A DNA stretch of 63,836 bases, filler included, from Octopus bimaculoides (GCF_001194135.2; 4 parts of 3 records of this genome joined end to end with filler, not necessarily neighbours in it); one strand, 5' to 3'. Shown: positions 12,791 to 23,390, counted from the first letter of the whole stretch. A program made the numbers and translations. Notes: a model not told the origin generated them from the sequence alone.

Positions 12791-13015
12791 TGGCAGAAAC
12801 GTTAGCACGCTGGGCGAAATGCTTAGTGGTATTTCGTCTGCTGTTACGTTCTAAGTTCAAATTCCACTGAGGTCAACTTTGCCTTTCATCCTTTCGAGGT
12901 CGGTAAATTAATTATCAGTTACGCACTGGGGTTGATGTAATCGACTTAATCCCTTTGTCTGTCTTTGTTTGACCCCTCTATGTTTAGCCCCTTGTGGGCA
13001 ATAAAGAAATAAGAA
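12791..13015 (+). mobile_element. tRNA-derived SINE with conserved central domain GCCTTTCATCCTTTCGRGGTCGRTAAA
   Basis: TGGCAGAAACGTTAGC head, GAGTTCAAATTCC-like B box, A-rich AATAAAGAAATAAG tail. Confidence 0.85.
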
Positions 13016-13235
13016 TCATTAGCATGCTGGACGAAATGCTTAGCGATATTTCCTCTGTCTTCACGTTCTGAGTTCAAATGCTACCAGGGTCGATTTTGCC
13101 TTTTATCCTTTCAGGGTCGATAAATGAAGTACCAGTTACGCACTGGGGTCGACGTAATCGACTTAATCCCTTTATTTGTCCTTGTTTGTCCCCACTGTGT
13201 GTAGCCCATTGTGGGTGTAGTAAAGAAATAAGAAA
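13016..13235 (+). mobile_element. Second tandem copy of the same SINE
   Basis: Aligns along its length with 12800-13015. Confidence 0.85.
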
Positions 13236-13351
13236 TAACCTGTACGTGTAATTAATGTGCAAGTGGCTGAGCACACCACAGACATGTGTGCTCTTAAGGT
13301 AGATCTCAGGGAGATTCTGTGTGACAAGGCCGGCCCTTTGAATTCCAAGCA

Positions 13352-14028
13352 CAGTTATAACTCACAGTACGAGTTTAATTCATTACATGATCGAGCTCGT
13401 CTTATGATTTACTCGTTTTTTTTTTTTATATATACCCAGGCCTATTCTCCATTTTTTAGGAGGGGATAGCCACAATAAGACAAGCGCCAAGCATTCCATT
13501 AATTGCCCAGCTCAAAGAGGTGAGCCGCGTCCTATGCTCAGGTCAAGGCGTAGAACGCAAGCCCCACAAATGGGAGAGGGCGCTAGAATGCAGTTTCTGT
13601 ATTCCCTGCATGTCGTAAGAAGTGACTAAAAAGGGGTGGGAGCAAGGGGACTGGTAATCCACTCCTCCTAGAAATTTCTGCTCGTTTACTCATTTTACAA
13701 ATCAATTTTCCTCATTGAAATTAACTAAAATATAATTAATCCATTCCAGCTTCCCCACCCCCCAAAAAAACACTCAAAAATAATTTTTTGTGGGTTTGAA
13801 AACTGAAAAGGTGTACTTAGAAGTAAAATGACGATTACAAAAAAGAGAATGCAAAAGAAATATGTAAACTGATTTTATTAACTGAATTGCCATAAAGATG
13901 GGGGGGGGGGATTTGTGTGTTCATACGGCAAATTTCTGCTCGTACTTCAAGACAAAAATTCACACATGTCTTGGCTCGTACAGCAAATTACTCGTACAAT
14001 GAGACAGTCGTACTGTGAGGGTCTACTC
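13352..14028. mobile_element. Tigger/pogo-like MITE inserted at a TA within the SINE
   Basis: Left CAGTTATAACTCACAGTACGAG versus right GTCGTACTGTGAGGGTCTACTC-TA (shared CTCACAGTACGA); SINE sequence resumes at 14031. Confidence 0.65.
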
Positions 14029-14329
14029 TACAACTCATTTTTGACAGCTGAGAGGACTGGAGCAATGTGAAATAAAGTACCTTTCTCAAGGACACAATGT
14101 GCCACTGAGAATCGAACTCTTAACCTTAGGATCGTGAGTTGAATATATGACAAGACACATAAGAAGTGACAGACCAAATGAGAGATCCTCTGCATGGTTG
14201 CTCGATATATTAGGAATATTAACCAAATCTCCCTCAAATTATGACCCAACTGCTTACAAAAAATTTAACTAGGACATATTTGATAAAGTAGTTTTTAGAC
14301 ACATTTTCTATCTTTTATTGTTGAACTTT

Positions 14330-14550
14330 CCTCAGTCATTGAACTACAGCCATACTGGGACACCGAAGGGATTTCTCAAGACAGATGGACCCCAATTCTT
14401 CTTCTTGAAGTCTTTATACTTTTATATCAGTCTCTTAGTTACAGGGATGTAAACAAATCAACACCGGTTGTCAAGCCATAGTGGGAAACAAACACAAAGA
14501 CAAAAACACACACACACATATATACATACATGTGCATGTGTGTGTGTGTG
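14330..14550 (-). mobile_element. Degenerate SINE 3' half (family with internal CA/TA microsatellite)
   Basis: CAGTCATTGAACTACAGCCATACTGGGACACCG tail and GGGATGTAAACAAATCAACACCGGTTGTCAAG body. Confidence 0.7.
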
Positions 14551-14998
14551 TATATCTTGTGTTTTGGGAAGGTCATTATGCCAATAATAAACACACACAC
14601 TGGTTCAATTTCGCTCCTTTATTTTCAGTTAATTGGATATTTACCTAACCAACTAATCAATCGATTGTTGTCTCAGTTTGTTGCTGAAACAATCAATCAG
14701 TCATTTTCAAAGTTCATTCGTCACTATTCGCAACCTCATCAAGGACATACCTTGCCTTTTCCAGGTCTGTACCCCCAAAAGGGCATGTCTCTGCTGATTG
14801 ATCGCTTGACCAACAAATTAAACAAACAATCGATTAGTCCAATGGTTAGGTAACTAGCCAATGGTCTAACAAAATAAAAGTGAAATTGAACTAGTGTGTG
14901 TGATTATTTGGCAAAAAAAAAATTATCATCCCGAAATATAACAATATTTGTTTCAACACACGGTTTCAGATCAGGGATCTTACAACACAATTTCATAA

Positions 14999-15061
<63 letters not shown>

Positions 15062-15080
15062 TATATATATATATATATTT

Positions 15081-15459
15081 ACCAGCGTCGCCTGTTACCA
15101 GCATCACCCTACTGGCATTTGTGCCGGTGGCACATGAAAAATCATTTGAGCGAGGTCATTGCCAGTGCCGCTGGACTGGCTCCTGTGCAGGTCGCATCTA
15201 AACAATACCATTTGAGCGTGGCCGTTGCCAGTACCATCTGACTGGCCCTCATGCCAGTGGCACGTAAAAGCACCCACTACACTCTCTGAGTGGTTGACGT
15301 TAGGAAGGGCATCCAGCTGTAGAAACTCTGCCAGATCAGATTGGAGACTGGTGCAGCCATCTGGTTCACCAGTCCTCAGTCAAAGCGTCCAACCCTCAGT
15401 CAAAGCGTCCAACCCATGCATGGAGAGCGGACGCTAAACGACGATAATGATGATGATGT

Positions 15460-15517
<58 letters not shown>
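15081..15517 (+). mobile_element. RTE-related non-autonomous retroposon with internal tandem subunits and (GAT)n tail
   Basis: Repeated GGCAC.T.AAA..A.CATTTGAGCG.GG.C.TTGCCAGT units, TTAGGAAGGGCATCCAGCTGTAGAAAC, then CCAACCCATGCATGGAGAGCGGACGCTAAACG and (GAT)n. Confidence 0.75.
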
Positions 15518-16387
15518 NNNNNNNNNNNNNNNNNNNNNNNNNNNNNNNNNNNNNNNNNNNNNNNNNNNNNNNNNNNNNNNNNNNNNNNNNNNNNNNNNNN
15601 NNNNNNNNNNNNNNNNNNNNNNNNNNNNNNNNNNNNNNNNNNNNNNNNNNNNNNNNNNNNNNNNNNNNNNNNNNNNNNNNNNNNNNNNNNNNNNNNNNNN
15701 NNNNNNNNNNNNNNNNNNNNNNNNNNNNNNNNNNNNNNNNNNNNNNNNNNNNNNNNNNNNNNNNNNNNNNNNNNNNNNNNNNNNNNNNNNNNNNNNNNNN
15801 NNNNNNNNNNGGGGGGGGGGGTTATTTTGGGAGTTGATTATAAGCAGTATTTGATATGATCTCGATTGCTTCTGCCATTGGATAGTTTGTAAATAGCCTC
15901 ATAACTTTTGAAAAATTTTATTGTACGTTCTTGTTGTTCGATCAAAAAACTAACACCAATATAAACAAACAAACAAACAAAAATGTGCGTCAGAATTCCC
16001 GAAGTAAAACAAAACGATCGAACGACAAATACACACAGCAACTCAGGATGTAGAAAATATACAAACGGAAATTCTAAAGATAAAATAAGAGATCAATAAA
16101 TCAGTAAGAGCCATCTTATTTTGTAACTTATACCTAACTCTTGATAATACAGACATCTTAATCATGAGGAATTAGACAAAACAACATAAATAAAACAAAA
16201 CCACTGTGTATAACATAATGGCCATAGAAATGTGGAATGATTCTAGCTGCGATATTTTGCCTCAGAGAAACTTCTCAAAGAGACACGCATGTTTAGAACA
16301 CAGAGCCAGTGGCACAGCTAGGTGGTCCGTCACAGGCGGCACTTCTGGGTCTGTAGTATAAGCTTCTACAAGTCTGTAGTATAAGCT

Positions 16388-16587
16388 GGGCGAAATGCTT
16401 AGCAGTATTTCGTCTGCCGTTACGTTCTGAGTTCAAATTCCGTCGAGGTCGACTTTGCCTTTCATCCTTTCGGGGTCGATAAATTAAGTACCAGTTACGT
16501 ACTGGGTCAATGTAATTGACTTAATCCCTTTTGTCTGTCCTTGTTTGTCCCCTCTGTGCGTGGCCCCTTGTGGCCAATAAAGAAATA
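16388..16587 (+). mobile_element. 5'-truncated SINE (same family as 12791) with 10-bp TSD AGTATAAGCT
   Basis: TSD at 16378-16387 and 16588-16597. Confidence 0.9.
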
Positions 16588-16629
16588 AGTATAAGCTTCT
16601 ATTCTTTACTAAAATTTTGTTGGTTAGGA

Positions 16630-16810
16630 TTATAAATATTCCAGTTGATCCGATCAACGGAATAGCCATAATGTAAAATTAACGTGCGAGTGGCTGAGTA
16701 CCCTGCAGATATACGTACCCTTAATGTAATTCTGAGGGAGATTCAGTGCGACACACAATGTGACAAGGCTGACCCATTTGAATGACAGGTACCACTCATT
16801 TTTGCTAAGC
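16630..16810 (-). mobile_element. 3' part of a tRNA-SINE (family of 12740-14145)
   Basis: CCAGTTGATCCGATCAACGGAA...GTGACAAGGCTGACCC...ACTCATTTTTGC. Confidence 0.75.
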
Positions 16811-16823
16811 ATTTCACCTGGCA

Positions 16824-17200
16824 TTTTATTCTTTTATTCTTTTACTTGTTTCAGTCATCTGACTGTGGCCATGCTAGAGCACCACCTTTTTTTAGTCAAG
16901 CAAATCAACCCAGGACTTATTCTTTGTAAGCCTAGTACTTATTTTATCGGTCTCTTTTTGCCGAACCACTAAGTTACGGGGACGTGAACACACCAGCATC
17001 ACATGTCAAGCGATGTTGGGTGGGGACAAACACACACACACAAACACACACACATATACATATACATATATACGACGGGCTTCTTTCAGTTTCCATCTAC
17101 CAAATCCACTCACAAGGCTTTGGTCGGCCCGAGAATATAGTAGAAGACACTTTCCCAAGATGTCATGCAGTGGGACAGGACTTGGAACCATGTAAGCAAG
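16824..17200 (-). mobile_element. Near full-length tRNA-derived SINE with internal microsatellite and CR1-like LINE tail
   Basis: Head TGGTTCCAAGTCCTGTCCCACTGC, TTGGGAAAGTGTCTTCTAC; tail GGTGGTGCTCTAGCATGGCCACAGTCAGATGACTGAAAC with (AAAAGAAT) repeats. Confidence 0.85.
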
Positions 17201-17246
17201 CTACTCCTGGTAAGCAAGCTACTCCTGCACCTAAAAATAATAAATA

Positions 17247-17320
17247 TGGCCAGTATGGGGCTCGAACCCATGACATTCGCGTTGTTAGCACAACACTCTA
17301 ACCAACTGAGCTAACCGGCA
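17247..17320 (-). tRNA. tRNA gene or pseudogene: tRNA-Ile(AAT)-type body with anticodon AAC (Val)
   Basis: TGCCGGT TA GCTC AGTTGGTTA GAGT G TTGTG CT AAC AA CGCGA ATGTC ATGGG TTCGAGC CCCAT ACTGGCC A; 74 nt cloverleaf, T1:C72 mismatch, T5 run shortly downstream. Confidence 0.8.
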
Positions 17321-17609
17321 TGCTAACATTTCTGCCAACTTGCCACCATGTTTAAAATGCGTATATTGAAATAAAAAAAGTAAGCAAACTGCAAAATATA
17401 ATCATTGTATCCACACAGAATGATAAATTCCTCAAACTCTTAGAACATAATCCTTAGCCCAGACATTTCTTACCTCTCTCTCGGTACCAACTTCCGTAGA
17501 ATGAGATGAACTGAAAAACAAAAGTTAAAATTAAATTATTCTACCAATCTGTAGAACATGTCAAAGATATAAGGAGAGAGGATAAACTTTAAGACTTGCT
17601 CCAAGGTAA

Positions 17610-17911
17610 CGTCACCCTTTCAAAGCCTAACCAGGCTCATGGGCCCGGTTTCCCGGTTTCTATTGCATATGTGTTCCCCCCAGCCGGTCGGGACGCCAGT
17701 CCATCGCAGCATTACTCAAGAAACAGGAAGAAAGTGTGAGAGAAAGTTGGGGCGAAAGAGTACAACAGGGGTCGCCACCACCCCCTGCCGGAGCCTCGTG
17801 GAGCTTAGGTGTTTTCGCTCAATAAACACTCACAACGCCCGATCTGGGAATCGAAACTGCGATCCTCCGACCGCGAGTCCGCTGCCCTAACCACTGTGCC
17901 ATTGCGCCTCC
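17610..17911 (-). mobile_element. Full-length tRNA-derived SINE with V-domain-like core and 13-bp TSD
   Basis: TSD TGCTCCAAGGTAA at 17597-17609 and 17912-17924. Head TGGCACAGTGGTTAGG...GTTTCGATTCC; core CTGCGATGGACTGGCGTCCC...GAAACCGGG. Confidence 0.88.
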
Positions 17912-18089
17912 TGCTCCAAGGTAAACTCAATTAAAAAGAAACCAACACAATAATAAATAAGGGACAATGATTCACAATCAGTGCCCACATGAAAACCTAG
18001 AGGTTCACGTAATAATTTGTTGCCAAAATTTATGTGCAAAGAAATGAAAGTATTTGTATATTATGCAAAATATTTTAACAAATTCTTTA

Positions 18090-18210
18090 TACTATACCTA
18101 TAAAAATATAATAGGATTTTTTAAAAACATCGAATGGTTATGAGGGTCCACACAAGTGACATGGGGATCAAAGGGGTCCCTAGATAAAAACTGGTTTAGG
18201 ACCACTGCTC
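18090..18210 (+). mobile_element. 3' end of a hAT/Charlie-like MITE
   Basis: GGGGTCCC...GGTTTAGGACCACTG-CTCTA, a CAGTGGT-type terminal repeat next to an NTCTA-type target. Confidence 0.5.
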
Positions 18211-18633
18211 TATATAATGTAAGAAAAAACTCAAAATATGCAAGAGTGACAAAGTCATACGTTTGGGATTATAGACAGGTAAAAGACCCCCTTTGGTCAT
18301 TAATAACCATGGGATTGCACCTATAAACTTATCAACTCAGAACGTAACTGCAGACGGAATACCGCTAAGTATTTTAACCACCGTACTAACGATTCTGCCA
18401 GCTCACTGGCCTGTTAAAGCTAAGTATATTGCAAACATTAAGTACTCACTGCATGACAAGAGCATATTTTATAAGGATTCTGAAATATAAAAACAGCCTA
18501 TGCTAAACTTAAAATAATTACGGTGATAAATAAGTACACAAAGGAGTCTTATTTCAGTTCTATATTTAAGAGATGAGGAATTATTTACATTATTTACATT
18601 TGATGGATATTTGTCCTCATCTTGTTTCTTGTT

Positions 18634-18679
18634 AACACAATGTTTCAGCTGATATACCCTCCAGCCTTCATCAGGTGTC
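18634..18679 (-). ncRNA. Minimal type I hammerhead motif (G16.2 mutated to A)
   Basis: GACAC-CTGATGA-A-GGCTG-GAGGGTATAT-CAGCT-GAAAC-ATT-GTGTT. Confidence 0.6.
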
Positions 18680-18864
18680 TTGGGGAAAATATGGCGTAGT
18701 GGTTAAGAGCGTGGGCTACTAACCCCAAAATTCTGAGTTCGATTCCAGGCAGTGGCCTGAATAATAATAATAATAATTATCATTATTATTATTATTATTA
18801 TTATTATCATTATAACATTGAAAAATACTTTAGGAATGAGAACCCAGGTACGAAATTTCCCCAA

Positions 18865-18910
18865 GACACCTGATGAAGGCTGGAGGGTATATCAGCTGAA
18901 ACGTTGTGTT
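18865..18910 (+). ncRNA. Minimal type I hammerhead motif, intact core, palindromic stem III (ACGT), GUU site
   Basis: GACAC-CTGATGA-A-GGCTG-GAGGGTATAT-CAGCT-GAAAC-GTT-GTGTT; predicted cleavage after 18905. Confidence 0.75.
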
Positions 18911-19849
18911 AACAGCAAACAAGATGAGGACAAACATCCGTCAAAAGTAAATAATGTAAATAATGTAAATAATGGAGTCTCCTTGTGCATTCAGGAATTC
19001 TCTTCTGCGTTTATCTGCAGAACAGTAAAAGTACACAAACAAAATAATCCCAGGTCAATAATATTCTAAATAAATACATCCGTACACAAGATCGTTGAAC
19101 GATTAGACAACATTATTAAATGATGCACATTAGAAAAGCTACAACATGCTGTCATATGAAGAGATTCAAGCAAAGTAGTGTAATATTTCTACTAGAGGCA
19201 TAGAAAATCTAGAAGGTGTGTTTATGAATGTTTGATGTGCAGAAATAATTGATATTATAAACCACCCATAATATCAGCTAATATTCTGAAGAAACTATTA
19301 GTTAACCATAACACCAGAAGTAATTGTCGTTGTCCACAGCGTAACTCATATTAGCACGTTGATGGAATAGTCATGTGTTCTCCCTGAGGACACACGTTTG
19401 CAGCGTCCTACACAAATACAATAGAAATTGCTGAGGTACCAAGAGATTTAAGAATATACTCGTTGTAATGGACACAACGCAAGGTATAGAGTAATTAAAG
19501 ACAGATCTATAATGCAAGACGCTGGTATTAAAATTCCACTCTTACACACTCACACACACACATGCATTCAGGTTGAAAGTAACAAATGTGTCAATTCTAT
19601 AAGAAGCACAAATGTATATAATAACATGGAGACAGCAAACGTCTATACTGATACATAATTTCAATGGTAAAATCACTACTGAGAAAAGCGTTCAGATTCT
19701 CTTCTACAAACAGAGCAATGAATAGAAAATTCATTGAATTTAATCGACTTATCCCCACTCCACGAAATTGCTGACCTCGTGCCAAAATTTGAAACCAATA
19801 TCATTCTACAGAAACTTCATAATTAGAAACCTTATTATCAATTAAAGCA

Positions 19850-20070
19850 AGTCAGCAGAATCGTTTTTACATCGTGGGGAAATGCTTTACAGTGTTTCTT
19901 ATGGTTTTTACCATGCTGAGTTCAAATACCACTGAAATCAGCTTTGCCTTTTATTTCTCTGGGGTTAATGAAATAAAGTGTTGGTCAAGTGCTGGAGTCA
20001 ATTGGAATCAACTAATCCACTCTCCTCAAAATCGCTGATCATGTGCTTAAAGGCGGAACCATTTAAAACA
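19850..20070 (+). mobile_element. Old diverged SINE copy (12791 family)
   Basis: CAGCAGAATCGTT...GAGTTCAAATACC...CTTTGCCTTTTAT. Confidence 0.6.
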
Positions 20071-20402
20071 GTGAAGAAGCTATTAAAGATCATTATAATA
20101 CATAAATATGATGACGAACGGCAAAGTTGTAAACTTCACGACTACAACTGTTATATTGCTCATGCAAGAATGACTCTCTCTCCAGCTTGGTTACTATACA
20201 CTTTGAAAAGAAAATTCCAAAGCACTAGTCGTCAGTGAAGTTCAATACAACCCTTGGACTGATCATACTCTGTCAAACCGTCCAACTCATGCCAGCATGG
20301 AACAAGGACAATAAAAGATGCTGATGATTACATACATAATCGCATACATACATACATACATACATACATACATACATACATACATACATACATACATACA
20401 TA

Positions 20403-20710
20403 CAGCTTCTATATCCAGAGTATGAATTCATATTCATACCAATAACAATTGGAGCACTGGGTTTTGCTAGTAAATGATTAAAGGAGAATCTGGATAAACT
20501 GGGATTTTCAGAAGGAGAAATCGACCAGCTGATTCGTACATTACAAGTGCAATCTGTGAGTGGAACAGTAAAAACATGAAAGACTTTTTCAAGTTCCAAA
20601 TGTGAATTCGTCTGTGTTTACTACACTCCAAAGAAGGAGCCTTGTATCTTTGTTGGAAACCAGCTCCCTCCTCAGTGGAAAATTTATAATAATGTAAACA
20701 ATAGAAGAGA
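20403..20710 (+). mobile_element. 3' fragment of an RLE-type (R4/Dong-like) non-LTR retrotransposon embedded in a (TACA)n tract
   Basis: QLLYPEYEFIFIPITIGALGFASK*LKENLDKLGF...LQVQSVSGTVKT*KTF, the PIVIGALG-type C-terminus of RLE LINEs, then a 3' UTR. Confidence 0.7.
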
Positions 20711-20739
20711 TATACATACATACACACACAAAAACCTAG

Positions 20740-21010
20740 AAACACTTGGTTTCTAGGGGAAAAAAGCAAAAGAAACTGATGTGGTTTCTCCAAATCCAAT
20801 CTATTTGTGGCACAGTGAAGATTTGTAAGACATTCTCCACTTGAGAGTATTTGAATAGATGCAGACACTTGGGTGTATGCAGCGACAGTTCAACCAACAC
20901 ACCAACTCAACCACAGATTTATAAACACTAATAAAATCTCTTAATTCAAAAAGTCTTGTCGCTTTGTTAGCAACCGGTTTGAACTCTCTCAAGAGCTTAA
21001 ATTAAACTCA
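20740..21010 (+). mobile_element. Second, shorter 3' fragment of a related RLE-type element
   Basis: LQIQSICGTVKICKTFST* (20788-20844), paralogous to the C-terminus at 20540-20605. Confidence 0.65.
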
Positions 21011-21640
21011 AAGAAAACCATGCATATACAGACACATGTATATGTATATATCCATGTGTATGTATGTATATCGAGATTTTCTTGAACATCTTGCTATACT
21101 TCTTTGAGATGGTAAACAAGAATGTGTAAATGCTTCTATTAGAAAAAAAAAAGGTGACGGTGTTGGTTGAGAAGGAACAAAGCTTTGTCATGTGTCAATT
21201 TTAATGCTGAACATTCTAATTCCATTGTCAAACACAGTTTGAAGATATTTTCAACAACAATTCACTTGTACTAGCAGTGTATACAATATAAATTTCAGCC
21301 CCAAGGTAAAATTTTTTGCATTATTGAAAATCACATGTTTACCTTTGCATCAAAAATTCTTAATCAGTTTTCTATTGAGGTCGTCATCTTGATACTTTAA
21401 CTTTGATAATTAAACTGATATGACCTTCTTCCTGATTATGCTCTTATTAGCAGTGATTTATAAATAGTTAATGCTCTGACTTTTTAACATTGCAGATGAC
21501 ACAATACACTCTTTTAAATACGCTTTGACATTTTCTATTGTAGTATTAAAGTATATTGCATATGCTTCGAGTTGCGTATACAGATATGTCAGTCAGAACG
21601 GAAACTTCCTTACCTATAGAGTATTAAGCGGGGATCAAGT

Positions 21641-23050
21641 GATTATCCTTATCATCACCATCGTCATTGTTGCCGTCATCATCATCGCCGTCGTTGTCAT
21701 CATCACGATTCTCGTCATGATGGTCATCGTCGTCACCGTCATCGACGCCATCACAATCATCATCGTCGTCATCATAATCATTAACGCTGTCGCTGTCGTC
21801 GCCATCATCACTGTCATCATCATCACCATCATCATCACTATCGCCGTCGTCGTCGTCATTGTCGTGACACTCGGCCGCCATTGCCATCATCGTCATCGTT
21901 ATTGTCACCGTCAACATCGTCATCGACTTGATCTTCAACGAAGTCATTCGGTTCTTCTTCTTCTTCTTCTTCTTCTTCTTCTTCTTCTTCTTCATCTTCT
22001 TCTTCTTCTACTCTTTCTCCTTCTCTTTCTCCTTCTCTTTTTCCTTCTTCTTCTTCTTCTTCTTCTTCTTCTTCTTCTTCTTCTCCTTCTTCTCTTTCTT
22101 CTTCTTCTTCCTCCTTCTTCTCTTTCTTCTTCTTCTTCTTCTTCTTCTTCTTCTTCTTCTCCTTGTTGTTGTTGTTCTTCTTCTTCTTCTTCTTCTTCTT
22201 CTTCTTCTTCTTCTTCTNNNNNNNNNNNNNNNNNNNNNNNNNNNNNNNNNNNNNNNNNNNNNNNNNNNNNNNNNNNNNNNNNNNNNNNNNNNNNNNNNNN
22301 NNNNNNNNNNNNNNNNNNNNNNNNNNNNNNNNNNNNNNNNNNNNNNNNNNNNNNNNNNNNNNNNNNNNNNNNNNNNNNNNNNNNNNNNNNNNNNNNNNNN
22401 NNNNNNNNNNNNNNNNNNNNNNNNNNNNNNNNNNNNNNNNNNNNNNNNNNNNNNNNNNNNNNNNNNNNNNNNNNNNNNNNNNNNNNNNNNNNNNNNNNNN
22501 NNNNNNNNNNNNNNNNNNNNNNNNNNNNNNNNNNNNNNNNNNNNNNNNNNNNNNNNNNNNNNNNNNNNNNNNNNNNNNNNNNNNNNNNNNNNNNNNNNNN
22601 NNNNNNNNNNNNNNNNNNNNNNNNNNNNNNNNNNNNNNNNNNNNNNNNNNNNNNNNNNNNNNNNNNNNNNNNNNNNNNNNNNNNNNNNNNNNNNNNNNNN
22701 NNNNNNNNNNNNNNNNNNNNNNNNNNNNNNNNNNNNNNNNNNNNNNNNNNNNNNNNNNNNNNNNNNNNNNNNNNNNNNNNNNNNNNNNNNNNNNNNNNNN
22801 NTCTTCTTCTTCTTCTACTCTTTCTCCTTCTCTTTCTCCTTCTCTTTTTCCTTCTTCTTCTTCTTCTTCTTCTTCTTCTTCTTCTTCTTCTCTTTCTCCT
22901 TCTTCTTCTTCTTCTTCTTCTTCTTCTTCTTCTTCTTCTTCTTCTCCTTCTCTTTCTTCTTCTTCTTCCTCCTTCTTCTCTTTCTTATTCCTATTCTTCT
23001 CTTTCTTCTTCTTCTTCTTCTTCTTCTTCTTCTTCTTCTTCTTCTTCTCC
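21641..23050. repeat. Degenerate (CAT/CGT)n followed by (CTT)n tracts spanning a gap
   Basis: Seen directly; the 400-500 aa ORFs here are low-complexity or N artefacts. Confidence 0.95.
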
Positions 23051-23197
23051 ATCAACACCATTATGAACAGCATCAACAGGCTTGCAGCAGCGTCAGCAGC
23101 TTTGTTTTTCATCCGTTTTTCTTTGCCTCACATTGATTGTTCGATTCTTCCCCAGCAACCATCTCTTGCAAATTAGTCCTCCTGAGATCACCCTTTA

Positions 23198-23390
23198 CCG
23201 ATCACTAGTGATCACTCCAAACACCATGATGTTGGCTGAATGTTCGGCTTTTATCACTCTTGGTACATGTCCTTAGATTGCACTGTCCTCAAATTGATGT
23301 CCAAACATGCTGAAATGTTCATATTAGGGCTTCTGGTGTGAATGCCAAGCAGTACAGCATGTTGTTTGCAAATTTCTGGCAGAGTGAATG
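23198..23390 (-). mobile_element. Internally deleted maT/DD37D-type Tc1-mariner transposase remnant
   Basis: N-terminal FTLPEICKQHAVLLGIHTRSPNMNISACLDINLRTVQ joined directly to VPRVIKAEHSANIMVFGVITSD. Confidence 0.65.

Larger units (their letters stand above)
12740..14145 (-). mobile_element. tRNA-derived SINE split into three pieces by nested insertions (about 12740-12790, 13236-13351, 14029-14145)
   Basis: Pieces are colinear with the copy at 16630-16810. The head (GAATCGAACT, CTCAAGGACACAA) lies at 14075-14145. Confidence 0.7.
18550..18973. mobile_element. Composite element: inverted hammerhead arm, tRNA-like head, (AAT)n/(ATT)n, direct hammerhead arm; flanked by 7-bp TSD GGAGTCT
   Basis: TSD 18543-18549 and 18974-18980. 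18576-18690 is the reverse complement of 18854-18973. A box TGGCGTAGTGG (18692) and B box GTTCGATTCC (18737). Confidence 0.85.

Noticed and set aside
16847-16886. SINE tail AGTC-loop-GACT-GAAAC-AA-GTA resembling half a hammerhead
   Set aside because: No CUGANGA upstream; better explained as the LINE-derived recognition hairpin.
21950-22990. Apparent tandem duplication of a (CTT)-rich block on both sides of a gap
   Set aside because: Probably overlapping contig ends left unmerged.
23156-23262. Plus-strand exon candidate NHLLQISPPEITLYRSL...
   Set aside because: The opposite strand is recognisable maT transposase, which explains much of the segment.
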